In this document: piece after piece, positions 10,520 to 21,312 of the stretch | Position numbering within the stretch: position 1 is the first letter of the stretch | Layout: every line of letters starts with the position of its first letter | Origin: Candidatus Acidiferrum sp. | GTDB taxonomy: Bacteria; Acidobacteriota; Terriglobia; Acidiferrales; UBA7541 | Direction of reading: 5' to 3' | Assembly: GCA_036270765.1 (NCBI GenBank) | Contig: DATBBY010000089.1 | Location: forward strand, 217-64,216 | DNA: 64,000 nucleotides | Notes under the pieces: generated by a model | Database searches by the model: none | What the model saw: the letters and a program-made list of their open reading frames with translations, nothing else | What the model was told of the DNA's origin: nothing | Position numbers and translations under genes: made by a program

Positions 10520-10759
10520 GCCAGTAACTCTGCAAGAAGATCGGAGGGCGCGCAAGCGCAAAGTTTTTCGCCATAGGCGAAAAATCTCCACTGTCAGGAG
10601 TGTTAATTTGGTGCAGGTACGCGCGAACAGGGTCGCTGTACCTCGACAGGTTCCACAGTACGGTATCGTTTAATTTACTCTGCTTGACAACCGGCAAACT
10701 GCTCTGCGCCGCCGCATAGTCTAATTAATAGACGGTAAGAATAAGCCGCCAACAATTTC

Positions 10760-12049
10760 ATGCCACTGACATTTTTATGGAAGAGTCGCAAACCGGCGAC
10801 CACCGCACTTCTTCACGCCGTGGCATTTACCGGGGTGTTGCTCGCCGCTTACTGGTTGCGCGGCAAGTCGCTGCAGGCTGACCCCGTACTGCAGGGGTAT
10901 TTGGAGGTCATCACCGGCTTGCTGGCATTTATTTTCGCGGCCGTAACATTGGTGCGATTTCAGGGCACGCAAGACCGCATCTCGCTGATTCTCGGCGTGG
11001 GTTTCATGGTTTCGGGTGCGGTGCTCACGGCTACCAGCGTTCTTTTTTTTCAGCTCTTGCGCGATGCGCCACTGGAGTTTCTGTGGGCGCCGGTAGCGTG
11101 GTGGGAAAGCCGCATGGTGTTCGCGTTGCTTTTGATCGTGGCGCTTCTTGTGGAGCGCTTCTTACCGCGCTCGCATCATCCACGCCGGGAGCTGGCGGCC
11201 GCGCTCGTCGCCATAATTTCCGCTTCCTATTTAATTACCGCGACGCTTCGCCGGTTGCCACCCGAAGTTTCACCGCACCCATTCGCGCTGTTCCCCAGTC
11301 CGCAGCAACTTCTTCCCGGCGCGATTTTTCTGGCCAGCGTTATCTGGTATCGCCGCCGTTTGACGAGCGACGCGAGCGCTTTCGACAGAGCTATCTACGC
11401 CACTGCCGCGCTAAATCTCGCAGCGCAATGCGCGGCGTCGCAATCCGAGCACCTGCAGGACGCCCCTTTCGCTTTAGCGCAAGGCTTGACGGTGATGAGT
11501 TACGTCGTGGCGCTGGGCGGCGCCTTGCTGGATAACGCGCGCCTGTTCGAGAAGGTGCGCCACCTGGCGGTTAGCGATCCCCTAACAGGCCTGGCGAATT
11601 ATCGCCGGCTGCTCGACGTACTCGAGAAAGAAATGGAACGCAGCAATCGCACCGGCAGACCCTTTTCGATTTTGTTGCTGGACGTCGACGGCTTGAAAAA
11701 GATTAATGATACCTACGGCCACCTGGTAGGCAGCCGCGCAATTTGCCGCTTGGCGGATACTTTGAGAACGAACATCCGTGCTGTGGACACTGCCGCGCGT
11801 TATGGCGGAGACGAATTTGTGTTGGTGCTCCCCGAAGCGCCAGAAAACGATGCCCATAAAGTAGCCTTGCGGATTCATGAGGTCATGCGCAATGATCCCG
11901 AAGAGCCCGCGGTGTCCGCCAGCATCGGAGTCTCCACCTATCGCGGCGACGGTGAGAGAATTGAAAAGTTATTGTCCGATGCGGATAAGAATTTGTACCG
12001 ACACAAATCAACCCGCCACAAGCGCGCCGCCGCCAAATCCTCCGGCTGA
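10760..12049 (+). CDS. Membrane-bound diguanylate cyclase (MASE3-like TM domain plus GGDEF)
   Basis: DPLTGLAN, INDTYGH, RAVD I-site and RYGGDEF motifs; multi-TM N-terminus. Confidence 0.92.
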   Translation: MPLTFLWKSRKPATTALLHAVAFTGVLLAAYWLRGKSLQADPVLQGYLEVITGLLAFIFAAVTLVRFQGTQDRISLILGVGFMVSGAVLTATSVLFFQLLRDAPLEFLWAPVAWWESRMVFALLLIVALLVERFLPRSHHPRRELAAALVAIISASYLITATLRRLPPEVSPHPFALFPSPQQLLPGAIFLASVIWYRRRLTSDASAFDRAIYATAALNLAAQCAASQSEHLQDAPFALAQGLTVMSYVVALGGALLDNARLFEKVRHLAVSDPLTGLANYRRLLDVLEKEMERSNRTGRPFSILLLDVDGLKKINDTYGHLVGSRAICRLADTLRTNIRAVDTAARYGGDEFVLVLPEAPENDAHKVALRIHEVMRNDPEEPAVSASIGVSTYRGDGERIEKLLSDADKNLYRHKSTRHKRAAAKSSG

Positions 12050-12104
12050 GTAGGGATGGAACCAGATCATTGCTCGACGCTCCACAGCGCGATAAAGTGG
12101 AAGG

Positions 12105-12380
12105 GTGAATTTCGAATGGGATCCGGCTAAGGCCAGGCGCAATCGCCGGAAACACCGGGTCGCATTCGAGGAAGCCGCAACTGTTTTTGGCGATCCGTTG
12201 GCGCTGACGTATTCGGATCCTGACCATTCAGTTTCGGAGATGCGATTTATCACTGTGGGCGTTTCCAGTGCCGGTCGAGTATTGGTCGTCGCTCACATGG
12301 ACCGCAACGAAAATTTCAGGATTATCAGTGCTCGAGAAGCAATGAGCCGTGAACGAAATGAATATGAAGAAAAAGGGTAA
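12105..12380 (+). CDS. BrnT family toxin
   Basis: FEWDPAKA..NRRKH.V.FEEAATVF...RIISAR signature. Confidence 0.92.
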   Translation: MNFEWDPAKARRNRRKHRVAFEEAATVFGDPLALTYSDPDHSVSEMRFITVGVSSAGRVLVVAHMDRNENFRIISAREAMSRERNEYEEKG

Positions 12381-12597
12381 AAGGCAAGGTAATGACAACG
12401 ATTTGCGTCCGGAGTATGACTTCTCCGCGTTGAAAGACGGCGTGCGTGGCAAATATGCGGCACGCTTCAGTGCGGGAACGAATCTCGTGCTTCTCTCGCC
12501 AGATGTTGCAAAGCATTTTCCAGACGATCGGTCCGTCAACGCCGCTCTCCGCACGCTAATTCGCACAACGAATCGTCAGCGGCACGGCAATCACTGA
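12364..12597 (+). CDS. BrnA-like antitoxin
   Basis: LRPEYDFS..VRGKYA..LSPDVAKHFPD..SVNAALR; overlaps the toxin 3' end. Confidence 0.85.
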   Translation: MKKKGKRQGNDNDLRPEYDFSALKDGVRGKYAARFSAGTNLVLLSPDVAKHFPDDRSVNAALRTLIRTTNRQRHGNH

Positions 12598-12610
12598 GCC
12601 AGATGCAGGT

Positions 12611-14047
12611 CTACTTGGCTGCTTCTGACGTTCCTGCGTAGGGTGCCAGCTGTTCGGTGATTTTTGATTTATCGCCGACCACCACGATGGTCATTTGTTC
12701 CGGCTTGATGTATTTGGCGGTCATCCGTTGCACATCTTCGGGGGTAACGGCGTTCACTCGCTGCACGTAATTTTTCAGGTAGTCTTCGCCAAGCCCCTGG
12801 AAGTCCACATTGCGCAGCTGCCCGATAAGAGCCTGCCGCGTGGAATTCTGAATCACGAAGAGCCCTGACATATAGCTCTGAATACCTTTCAACTCCGGCG
12901 CGCCCGGAGGATCTTTTTGCAAGCGATCGATTTCTCCAAAAATTTCCTTGAGCGAAGGTCCGGTGGCCGCAGTGGTCACGTCGGCAATTTCCGCCCAGTA
13001 CGCGTCATGATAGCGCCGCGAAAGTTGGCTGGTGGGTGAGTACGTGTAACCCTTCTGTTCGCGAATGTTGGAAGTGATGCGTGAACTAAAGGACCCGCCC
13101 AACAACGCGTTGGTCACCGTCAGCGGAATATTGTCAGGATTAGTGGGATCGATCACCGGCAAGCCCACATAAATCGTGGATTGCGGCGCGCCAGGGCGGT
13201 CAGTCACATCCAACAGTCGTTGAGTTTTGGGATGGGGCACGTTCAAAACAGGCGGCGTGCCTTTGTTCCAATCCGAAAATCCGGCGGCGACAGCTCTCTT
13301 CACGTCGGCGACATCGAATTTTCCCGCTACATAAAGATGTGCGCGCTGCGCTCCATAGTTAGCGGCGTAAAACTTACGCGCATCCTCGATGGTTATTTTA
13401 TTCAGGGTCGCTTCCGTCGGCAAAATTTCTCCGTAAGGATGATCGCCGTAAAGCAATTTGCGGAAACGCGCCAAGGCAATTTGGCCAGGACGAGATTTTG
13501 CGACCAATACTTGCCGCAGCAAATTTGCTTTCAAACGCGCCAATTCCGATTCCGGGAGCGCGGGGTGGATGGCCACATCAGCGATTAAACCCACGGCTTG
13601 GGCGCCGTATTCCGACAACACATCCACATCGATCGCGGTTTCGTCGGCACCCACCGCAACGCTTAAGCTACTACCCATTCGGGCTGCGGCTTCGGCGAGC
13701 TCCTGCGCGCTCAGGGTCTTGGTGCCTTCTTTCAACAATTCGCCGGTGATGTCCGCAACGCCCAGGAGATCCTGCGGCTCGTTCAAATTGCCACTGCGTA
13801 CGGCCAGGCTGATCGCCACTTTGGGGATATTTCCATACGGTACCAATGTGACGCGCATACCGTTCGGCAACGTGAAGGATTCGTGTGCGGGAACATTGAA
13901 AGGTTTCGGAGGGCCGCCCGCTGGAGGCGCTTGTTTTTGCGCCGCGGCCGGCGCCTGGGCCAAAGCGTGAGTAGCGGCGAAAAGGAATATTGCATTCACT
14001 AGCAAAAATTTCATGGTGCGCGTTACTGTCATCGTTCGCTCCATCAC
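12611..14047 (-). CDS. M16 family peptidase, non-catalytic (beta-like) subunit
   Basis: Signal peptide; TLPNGMRV; LLGGSFSSRI..NIREQKGYTY; lacks HxxEH. Confidence 0.9.
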   Translation of the reverse strand: MMERTMTVTRTMKFLLVNAIFLFAATHALAQAPAAAQKQAPPAGGPPKPFNVPAHESFTLPNGMRVTLVPYGNIPKVAISLAVRSGNLNEPQDLLGVADITGELLKEGTKTLSAQELAEAAARMGSSLSVAVGADETAIDVDVLSEYGAQAVGLIADVAIHPALPESELARLKANLLRQVLVAKSRPGQIALARFRKLLYGDHPYGEILPTEATLNKITIEDARKFYAANYGAQRAHLYVAGKFDVADVKRAVAAGFSDWNKGTPPVLNVPHPKTQRLLDVTDRPGAPQSTIYVGLPVIDPTNPDNIPLTVTNALLGGSFSSRITSNIREQKGYTYSPTSQLSRRYHDAYWAEIADVTTAATGPSLKEIFGEIDRLQKDPPGAPELKGIQSYMSGLFVIQNSTRQALIGQLRNVDFQGLGEDYLKNYVQRVNAVTPEDVQRMTAKYIKPEQMTIVVVGDKSKITEQLAPYAGTSEAAK

Positions 14048-15468
14048 TGTTTCTTCTCGCTATCGCCAGCGGGCTTAACCGTTGTGGCCGGCGCCGGTTG
14101 AATTAAAAGCACGGTGCGATTTCCAGGCCGTAAATATTCCTGCGCTGTTTTTTGTATGAGCTCAGGTGTGACCTTCTCATATTCGGCGACCAGTGAATTT
14201 ACGCGCGCGGGATTGTCATCGAACAACGCAAAACTCGCCAGCAGGTCCACCAATCCAAATCCGCCTTGGCCTCCGATGGTGTCGTACAGGTCAGAGCGCA
14301 GTTTCACGAGCGCGCGATCAAGCATTTTTTGATCCACAGGTTTCGTGCGCAGCGGCTCGATGGAGGCATCGATGGTTTGCACGATGGTTTCCGGAGTGGT
14401 TGCTGGATCGTGAATGATGTTGGTGATGAACAGCATCGGTCCATTGTAATTCCAGGGCGTGCCGAGCAGGTTGATGCCGCCATTTACCGCTCCGGTATAA
14501 CCTTTTTTCTGCACCAACTCCTGATGCAACACGCTGTCATCGCCCTCGATCAGCATTTCGTCGATCAGGCCCATGGCGTAGTACTCGGGAGTGTTGCGGT
14601 CCGGCATGTGATAACCGAGTGCGAGAGCGGGTTTCGTAGCCAGCGGGTCCTTTTTGATGGCCTGCTTTTCTTTTTCCTGACGCGGCTCGGTAAGATCCGG
14701 CTGCGGCGGCAATTGCGAAGATTTCAAACCCCCAAAATATTTCTCCACGAATTGCTTGGCTTGGGCCGGATCAAAATCGCCTACAATCGCCAGCGCGGCA
14801 TTATTCGGCGCATAGTACGTTTTGAAAAACGATTGAACCTCGGGAAGCGTCGCGCCTTCAATGTCTTTCAAGTCGCCATAAAAATTGTGCGCGTTGTACC
14901 AATTGGTGTTGGCATATTGCGGCATGTCCAGCCACGGAAAGCCGCCGTAGGGACTGTTCAACACGTTCACTTTTACTTCGTTGCCGACCACCCCTTGCTG
15001 ATTCTTTAAATTATCTTCGTTGACAGCGAGGCCACCCATGCGGTCGGCTTCAGCCCACAACGCGGTTTCCAGCTTATTGGCGGGCAGCGTCTCGAAATAA
15101 TTGGTGAAGTCAAAACGCGTCGAGCCGTTCAGGATCCCGCCGTTTTGCTGCACCAGCTTGATGAATTCCATCTTCCCCAGATTTTGCGAACCTTGAAACA
15201 TCATGTGCTCGAACAGATGCGCGAAGCCGGTGCGATCACGTGGCTCGATGCGAAATCCAATGTGGTAGTAAACGCCAACACAAATTATCGGCGAAGTGTG
15301 ATCCGGCGATAACACCACACGCAGACCGTTGGAGAGTTTGTAATACTCAACCGGAACTTTAAATTCTGGCGGGTTGTCCGGCACCGCGTTTGCCGGCGTC
15401 AGGCTCGCGATTATCGCAGCCACAACTAGCGCGAGCAGTCGTGCTGCCCGTTTAATCGTAAAAAGCAT
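14044..15468 (-). CDS. M16 family zinc peptidase, catalytic subunit
   Basis: TGFAHLFEHMMF (HxxEH) and NGST motifs; signal peptide; ATG 15468 with GGAGG; ATGA overlap with partner gene. Confidence 0.93.
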   Translation of the reverse strand: MLFTIKRAARLLALVVAAIIASLTPANAVPDNPPEFKVPVEYYKLSNGLRVVLSPDHTSPIICVGVYYHIGFRIEPRDRTGFAHLFEHMMFQGSQNLGKMEFIKLVQQNGGILNGSTRFDFTNYFETLPANKLETALWAEADRMGGLAVNEDNLKNQQGVVGNEVKVNVLNSPYGGFPWLDMPQYANTNWYNAHNFYGDLKDIEGATLPEVQSFFKTYYAPNNAALAIVGDFDPAQAKQFVEKYFGGLKSSQLPPQPDLTEPRQEKEKQAIKKDPLATKPALALGYHMPDRNTPEYYAMGLIDEMLIEGDDSVLHQELVQKKGYTGAVNGGINLLGTPWNYNGPMLFITNIIHDPATTPETIVQTIDASIEPLRTKPVDQKMLDRALVKLRSDLYDTIGGQGGFGLVDLLASFALFDDNPARVNSLVAEYEKVTPELIQKTAQEYLRPGNRTVLLIQPAPATTVKPAGDSEKKQ

Positions 15469-15648
15469 CTTTCCTCCGTGCGTTACTTGCTGCACTGCCT
15501 GCATTGTTGCGGGAATTTTCGTGCCTACGAATGCAATAAACACAATTTCTTATCCGAATCATAGACCGCCGCTGGGCCGTCAGCGGTACAGACGGATGCA
15601 AAATGCAAACGTCTCATTTGGCTTAGACGCCGGCGGTTCGTCAGCGCG

Positions 15649-16830
15649 TCAGTATACCGCACGGTTTTGTTTCGTCGCCTTGCTGGCAAGCGAGAATCGG
15701 GGTTCAGCCGGGCCACCATCCAGTATCTGTTGCGCGGCGTATTCTCCAAACGCGGGGCCATGTTTGAACCCGTGCCCGGAACCACCGCCCGCGAACCAGA
15801 CGTTATTTATTCCAGGGTGCCGGTCGATCAAAAAATCCCCGTTCGAAGTGTTTTCATATTGGCAAACGCGGGTCTCGACGATTGGGGCATTTGCCAGGGC
15901 AGGGAAGCGCATTGCCATGTACGCGCGCACGCGCTCGACGGATTCCGGGGACACGACACGTGTCTGCGTATCAGGATCAATGCGTTCGCCGTGACTATCG
16001 AAAGCGATCTTGAAGCCGCGCGATTCCAGGTCCGGCATACCGTACACTTCGTCCGCTTGAATCAGCCAGGTTGGCAGTGAGCGCGCGGAGAATCGGCTGT
16101 CGCCTGGCGGCACGCCAAAAAAGAAAACCTCCTGGCGGCTCGGGAATATACGGGGACCTAAAATTTCAGGGAATATTTTTCCAAGCCACGCGCCACAGGC
16201 AAAAACGAATTGCGCCGCCGAGATTTTCTCGTCGTTGTTGGTGGAAATGTCATCGAGTCTCGAATGACGCGAGTCCGCCGCAGCAGGCGGCGTAACTTGC
16301 GTCTGGCGATACTCCACTCCCAGGCTTAGCGCACTTTCCACCACCTCCGAAACCGCGCGGCGTGCCATTAACACCCCACTCTCAGTTTCAAGAATCCCAA
16401 CGCCGAGGTCGTGCGAACGGAATTGCGGATAGCGGTGCGCAATTGTGCTTTCGCTCAGCGATTCGAATGGCACTTTGCAGCGCGTCAACACCGCGGTCAT
16501 CTCATTCAATCGCGTGTAGTCTTTGTTTCCGAGCCACAGAACGCCAGTTTGGTGAAATAACGGCGGCGTTCCCATCGTTTCCGCGAAGAGTTCTTTCCAT
16601 TGGACCAGCGAACGCATGGCCCATCGCGTGTACATTTCATCAGCGCCGTAGCCCATCCTGATGATCCGCGATTCGCCGCCGGAGCTGGCCCGGGAATTGC
16701 CAGGGCCATAAGAATCGACAAGCAGCACCCGCTGTCCGCGACGCGCCAGATGAAAAGCCGTCCACGCGCCGAATACTCCGGCTCCGACTACGACCGCATC
16801 GTATGTTTTGGAATTTGACAAATTTTTCAA
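15649..16830 (-). CDS. FAD-dependent oxidoreductase, monomeric sarcosine oxidase/N-methyltryptophan oxidase family
   Basis: VVVGAGVFG, SSGGESRIIR and GGGSGHGFK motifs; TTG start near 16830. Confidence 0.88.
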   Translation of the reverse strand: MKNLSNSKTYDAVVVGAGVFGAWTAFHLARRGQRVLLVDSYGPGNSRASSGGESRIIRMGYGADEMYTRWAMRSLVQWKELFAETMGTPPLFHQTGVLWLGNKDYTRLNEMTAVLTRCKVPFESLSESTIAHRYPQFRSHDLGVGILETESGVLMARRAVSEVVESALSLGVEYRQTQVTPPAAADSRHSRLDDISTNNDEKISAAQFVFACGAWLGKIFPEILGPRIFPSRQEVFFFGVPPGDSRFSARSLPTWLIQADEVYGMPDLESRGFKIAFDSHGERIDPDTQTRVVSPESVERVRAYMAMRFPALANAPIVETRVCQYENTSNGDFLIDRHPGINNVWFAGGGSGHGFKHGPAFGEYAAQQILDGGPAEPRFSLASKATKQNRAVY

Positions 16831-16987
16831 TCGTGCCTTTTGCCGACCGGGACAAGCCACCGACCGTCGTGCGTCAAACCATGCACGGGCCAGCATCGTA
16901 ACGCATCGGCTCTTATTGCGGAAAACACTTCCGTCGAACCGCGAGCCGCTGTACGATGCCCAACTCGCCATTTCCCAGGAGGTTTGC

Positions 16988-19900
16988 GTGCGCGCAGTTC
17001 GGAAACCAGTAATTGTTTCAGCAATCGCCATCGCGTTACTCGGCACATTTGCTTCGGGCGCCTACCCACAGCAGAAACAAAAGCAAAAAGATAAAGATCA
17101 CGAGGAAAAAGATCACGCCGCAACGGACAAACCGGCCATCGACCCGAAGCTCTACGGCGCAATGAAATGGCGCCTGATAGGGCCATTTCGTGGAGGACGA
17201 GTCCTCGCAGTAACTGGCGTCACCAGCCAGCCTAATACTTATTACATGGGCGCGGTGTCCGGCGGAGTTTGGAAGACCATGGACGGCGGCATCTCCTGGG
17301 ATCCACTGTTTGAGAAGGAGGCGGTATCCTCCATCGGCGCCATCGCGGTTTCCGAATCCGATCCCAATGTGATCTATGCCGGCACCGGCGAAGCGTGCAT
17401 CCGCGGAAATATTTCCTTTGGCGATGGCGTTTACCGCTCGAACGACGGCGGCAAGACCTGGACAAATATCGGACTCAAAGATTCGCGCCACATAGGCAAA
17501 GTGATCGTGCATCCCACTAACCCTGACACCGTTTTTGTGGCCGCTCTGGGCCATGCTTATGGCGCAAATACCGAGCGCGGAATTTTTCGTACTCGTGACG
17601 GGGGCAAAAATTGGGACAGAGTTTTATACCTCGATGATCGTACCGGCGGCATCGACATCGTTTTCGATCCGCACAACCCGCACGTCCTTTTCACCGCGAT
17701 GTGGGAAGGTTATCGCACTCCGTGGATGCTCAATAGCGGCGGCGACAAGGATGGCCTGTACCGTTCGAGTGACGACGGCAGCACCTGGAAACGCATTGAA
17801 GGTCACGGCATGCCGGACGGCCCGCTGGGGCGCATCGGTGTGGGCGTATCCGGAGAAGATTCAAATGTGGTTTACGCGTTGATCGAAGCGAAAAAGGGCG
17901 GTTTGTACCGCAGCGGCGACGGCGGCGAAAACTGGGCGCTTATTAATGAAGATCATCGCTTCCGGCAGCGCGCCTGGTATTTCACGCACCTGTGGGCCGA
18001 CCCGAAAGATTCCAACAAAGTGTATATCGCCAATACCGGGCTGTACCGTTCCATCGACGGCGGTAAATCGTTCGAACGCATTCCCGCGCCGCACGGCGAC
18101 CATCACGGTTTGTGGATCGATCCCAACAATACGAACCGCATGATCAACGGCAACGATGGCGGCGCCACAATTACCGTGGATGGCGGCAAGAATTGGTCCA
18201 CCCAAATGAATCAGCCAACCGCGCAGTTTTATCACGTGACCGCGGATAACGATTTTCCTTATCGCATTTACGGCACGCAACAGGACAACAGTTCCGTTGG
18301 CATCGCCACCGCCAGCGATCACGGATTTATCAGCCGCTCCGATTGGGAGTCCGTGGGTGGCGGTGAAAGCGGCTACGTCGCGGTCGATCCGCGCGACTCC
18401 AACATTGTTTACGCCGGCTCTTATTTTGGAGAAATTTCGCGCTTCGACCGGCGCACCCATCAGGTGCAAAACATCCAACAGTGGCCGCTTGATCCCGACG
18501 GCTACAACGCAGCGGTGCAGAAATATCGCTACACCTGGACCATGCCGATTGTTTTTTCTCCGCACGATCCCACTGAGCTGTACCACTCTTCGCAGTATTT
18601 GTTTCGCTCCACTGACGGCGGGCACTCGTGGCAGACCATCAGCCCGGACTTGAGTCGCAACGACAAAACCAAGCAGCAGGATTCCGGCGGCCCCATCACC
18701 AAGGATCAAGCGAGCATTGAGTTTTACGATTTGATTTTTACCGTGGCGGAATCGCCGAAACAAAAAGGAGTGATCTGGGCGGGCACCGACGACGGACTGA
18801 TTCAAATTACCCGCGATGACGGCAAGTCCTGGGCAAACGTAACGCCCAAGGGCCTGCCAGAGTGGGCCATGATCAGCTTGATTGAAGCGTCACCATTCGA
18901 TGCCGGCACCGCTTACGCCGCTGTGGATGCGCACAAGTTGGATAATTTCAAACCATATATTTATAAGACCGCCGATTTTGGAAAGAGCTGGACGCTGCTC
19001 ATCAATGGATTGCCGGAGACTTCCTACGTGCATGCTGTGCGCGAAGATCCCAAGCGCAAAGGCATGCTCTACGCTGGAACTGAGACCGGCATCTTTGTTT
19101 CTTTCGACGATGGCGCGCACTGGCAAACCTTGCAGCTGAATCTGCCCACCACGCCAGTCCACGACATGATTATTCATGACGACGATCTGCTGGTCGCGAC
19201 ACACGGCCGCGCGTTCTGGTCACTCGATAATATCGACCCGCTGCGCCAGATGAATGCTGGCATCACTAAGGAAGATGCACGACTGTTCGCGCCTACCACG
19301 GTGATGCGTTCCCGCGTCGGCCACAATAATCGCCGCAGGGATTCCATCGGAGAGAATCCCGCTTTCGGCGCGTCCCTATATTACTACTTGAAGGAAGAAC
19401 CCAAGGCTCCGGCGAAACTCGAAATTCTGGACAGCCAAGGGAAAGTAATTCGCACTTTTACCAGCGAAGAAAAAAAGACCGAAGAAGCGCCTGACGAAGG
19501 CGATCGAGACGCGGAGCCCGAGCACATTCCGGCGAAGGCCGGACCAAATCTATTCGCCTGGGATTTGCGTTACGAGCCTCCGGTGAAAATTCCCGCAGCC
19601 ATTTATGACGAAGGCGATCCCGTTGGCCCGCTGGTCATGCCGGGAAAGTATCAGGCGCGGCTTACCGTCGCGGGAAAAACTTCCACCGCCAGTATGGAAG
19701 TAAAGATCGATCCCCGTTTGAAAACATCCATGGACGACCTTCAGAAACAATTCGATCTGATGCTGAAAATGCGTGATCGCCAGGAAGAGATGAACCGGTC
19801 GATCCTGGCCATTCGTGATTTAAGAGTGCAACTTAACCTGGTCGAGAAGCGCTGGAACTCCAAAGACAACGCGAAAGCCGTCATCGAACAGTCCAAGGAA

Positions 19901-20206
19901 TTGCGCAAGAAAATTGGCGCGGTCGAAGACGAATTGATCCAGGTGAACTCCAAGGCCAGCGAAGATGAACTCAACTACCCAACCAAAATGAATAGCTGGC
20001 TTGGCTATTTGCAAGGCGCGGTGGATAGCGCTGACACTGCGCCAACTGAAGGAGAACTAGCGGTCTTCGCGGAGTTAAATCAGAAACTGGACGCGCAGCT
20101 CGCGAAATGGCATGAATTACTTTCCACCGACGTGCCGGCCATTAACACGGCCATGCAAAAAAATGGCATCGTTCCAATCTACGCACCGGCGGAAGCCAGT
20201 AAATAA
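16988..20206 (+). CDS. Secreted BNR/Asp-box (VPS10/sortilin-like) beta-propeller, glycosyl hydrolase-like protein
   Basis: Many S/TxDGGxxW Asp-boxes, IGPFRGGR, HGDHH and ATHGR motifs; GTG 16988 with AGGAGG RBS. Confidence 0.88.
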   Translation: MRAVRKPVIVSAIAIALLGTFASGAYPQQKQKQKDKDHEEKDHAATDKPAIDPKLYGAMKWRLIGPFRGGRVLAVTGVTSQPNTYYMGAVSGGVWKTMDGGISWDPLFEKEAVSSIGAIAVSESDPNVIYAGTGEACIRGNISFGDGVYRSNDGGKTWTNIGLKDSRHIGKVIVHPTNPDTVFVAALGHAYGANTERGIFRTRDGGKNWDRVLYLDDRTGGIDIVFDPHNPHVLFTAMWEGYRTPWMLNSGGDKDGLYRSSDDGSTWKRIEGHGMPDGPLGRIGVGVSGEDSNVVYALIEAKKGGLYRSGDGGENWALINEDHRFRQRAWYFTHLWADPKDSNKVYIANTGLYRSIDGGKSFERIPAPHGDHHGLWIDPNNTNRMINGNDGGATITVDGGKNWSTQMNQPTAQFYHVTADNDFPYRIYGTQQDNSSVGIATASDHGFISRSDWESVGGGESGYVAVDPRDSNIVYAGSYFGEISRFDRRTHQVQNIQQWPLDPDGYNAAVQKYRYTWTMPIVFSPHDPTELYHSSQYLFRSTDGGHSWQTISPDLSRNDKTKQQDSGGPITKDQASIEFYDLIFTVAESPKQKGVIWAGTDDGLIQITRDDGKSWANVTPKGLPEWAMISLIEASPFDAGTAYAAVDAHKLDNFKPYIYKTADFGKSWTLLINGLPETSYVHAVREDPKRKGMLYAGTETGIFVSFDDGAHWQTLQLNLPTTPVHDMIIHDDDLLVATHGRAFWSLDNIDPLRQMNAGITKEDARLFAPTTVMRSRVGHNNRRRDSIGENPAFGASLYYYLKEEPKAPAKLEILDSQGKVIRTFTSEEKKTEEAPDEGDRDAEPEHIPAKAGPNLFAWDLRYEPPVKIPAAIYDEGDPVGPLVMPGKYQARLTVAGKTSTASMEVKIDPRLKTSMDDLQKQFDLMLKMRDRQEEMNRSILAIRDLRVQLNLVEKRWNSKDNAKAVIEQSKELRKKIGAVEDELIQVNSKASEDELNYPTKMNSWLGYLQGAVDSADTAPTEGELAVFAELNQKLDAQLAKWHELLSTDVPAINTAMQKNGIVPIYAPAEASK

Positions 20207-20317
20207 AACACTGGGTGCGCTGAAAACCTTAATGCGGTGAAGGAAAATCGCTGATTGTGGGTCGCTGCCACTTTAACCGGGACCTTGGCTCATGAAGGCA
20301 AAAACCTAGCGCATCGG

Positions 20318-21085
20318 CTAACGTCCGCGTTTAAATGCCGCCGCAATGGGCTCAGCCCAATGCGACAAATGATTCAACGACTCGGTATGCGTGGGGTCCA
20401 GGTGCAGCGGCGTGATCGACACGCAAGCTGAAAAGATAGCGGCGTAATCCGTCTCCGGGTCCACATCCTTATCGATTTTCTGCTCGAATAACCAAAAATA
20501 GGAACGTCCGCGCGGATCTTTGCCTTCGCTCAATTGATTTCTTGTAATTTTCTTTGATTGACGTGTGAAGCACACTCCCCCAGTCCACGGCTCCGGCACA
20601 TTTACGTTTAACAGCACCTGGTCAGGCAAGCCTTCTTTCAAAACAATCTCCGCGGTCGTTCTGGCCACGCGCGCGGCATTTTCGAAACTCACTTTAGGAA
20701 TTTTTGAGCACAACGACATCGCAATGGCAGGAAGATGGTGCAGCGCTGCTTCCCGAGCTGCTCCCACGGTTCCGGAGTAATACACGTTCTCGCCCAGATT
20801 TGCGCCGAAATTAATTCCGGAAATAACCATGTCTGGCCGCTCCGGCAAAAGTTTGTGCAGCGCCACAATGACGCAGTCGGCAGGCGTGCCGTCGATGGCC
20901 CACTCGCGTTGCGCGATGGAGTGACACACGATCGGTTGCCGCAGCGTCAACGACTGCGCCGCACCGCTTTGCTCGCGGCTGGGTGCCACGATGCTGACCG
21001 TGGCGAAGCCCTGCAACTCGGCAGCTAGCGCGCGCAATCCCGGCGCTTCGTAGCCGTCATCGTTGGTCAAGAGTATGTGCGTCAT
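20318..21085 (-). CDS. surE: 5'/3'-nucleotidase SurE
   Basis: ILLTNDDG, GTPADCV, SGINFGANLG and YSGTV motifs. Confidence 0.97.
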   Translation of the reverse strand: MTHILLTNDDGYEAPGLRALAAELQGFATVSIVAPSREQSGAAQSLTLRQPIVCHSIAQREWAIDGTPADCVIVALHKLLPERPDMVISGINFGANLGENVYYSGTVGAAREAALHHLPAIAMSLCSKIPKVSFENAARVARTTAEIVLKEGLPDQVLLNVNVPEPWTGGVCFTRQSKKITRNQLSEGKDPRGRSYFWLFEQKIDKDVDPETDYAAIFSACVSITPLHLDPTHTESLNHLSHWAEPIAAAFKRGR

Positions 21086-21275
21086 CGGCGGGAAAAGTTT
21101 GTGTAATTCGTATGAAGCCTGTGTCCAGAACTAGGATACGCGATTTTTACTGCTTCGCGCACGGCCCACTGCATTCTCAATCACTTTCATCCGTTGAAAC
21201 TCATTCTGACTCATTGTCACCAACCTCCCAGGGCGACAAAGTCTTCTCCACCATCTACAAAGGATGATCATTTAT

Positions 21276-21304
21276 TTGACATAGCTATCTTAGATAGCTA
21301 TCAT
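21276..21304 (+). promoter_or_regulatory. Sigma70 promoter with overlapping TA operator palindrome
   Basis: TTGACA-17bp-TATCAT; perfect inverted repeat ATAGCTATCT-T-AGATAGCTAT (21281-21301) fills the spacer. Confidence 0.85.
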
Positions 21305-21312
21305 AAAAAAGC

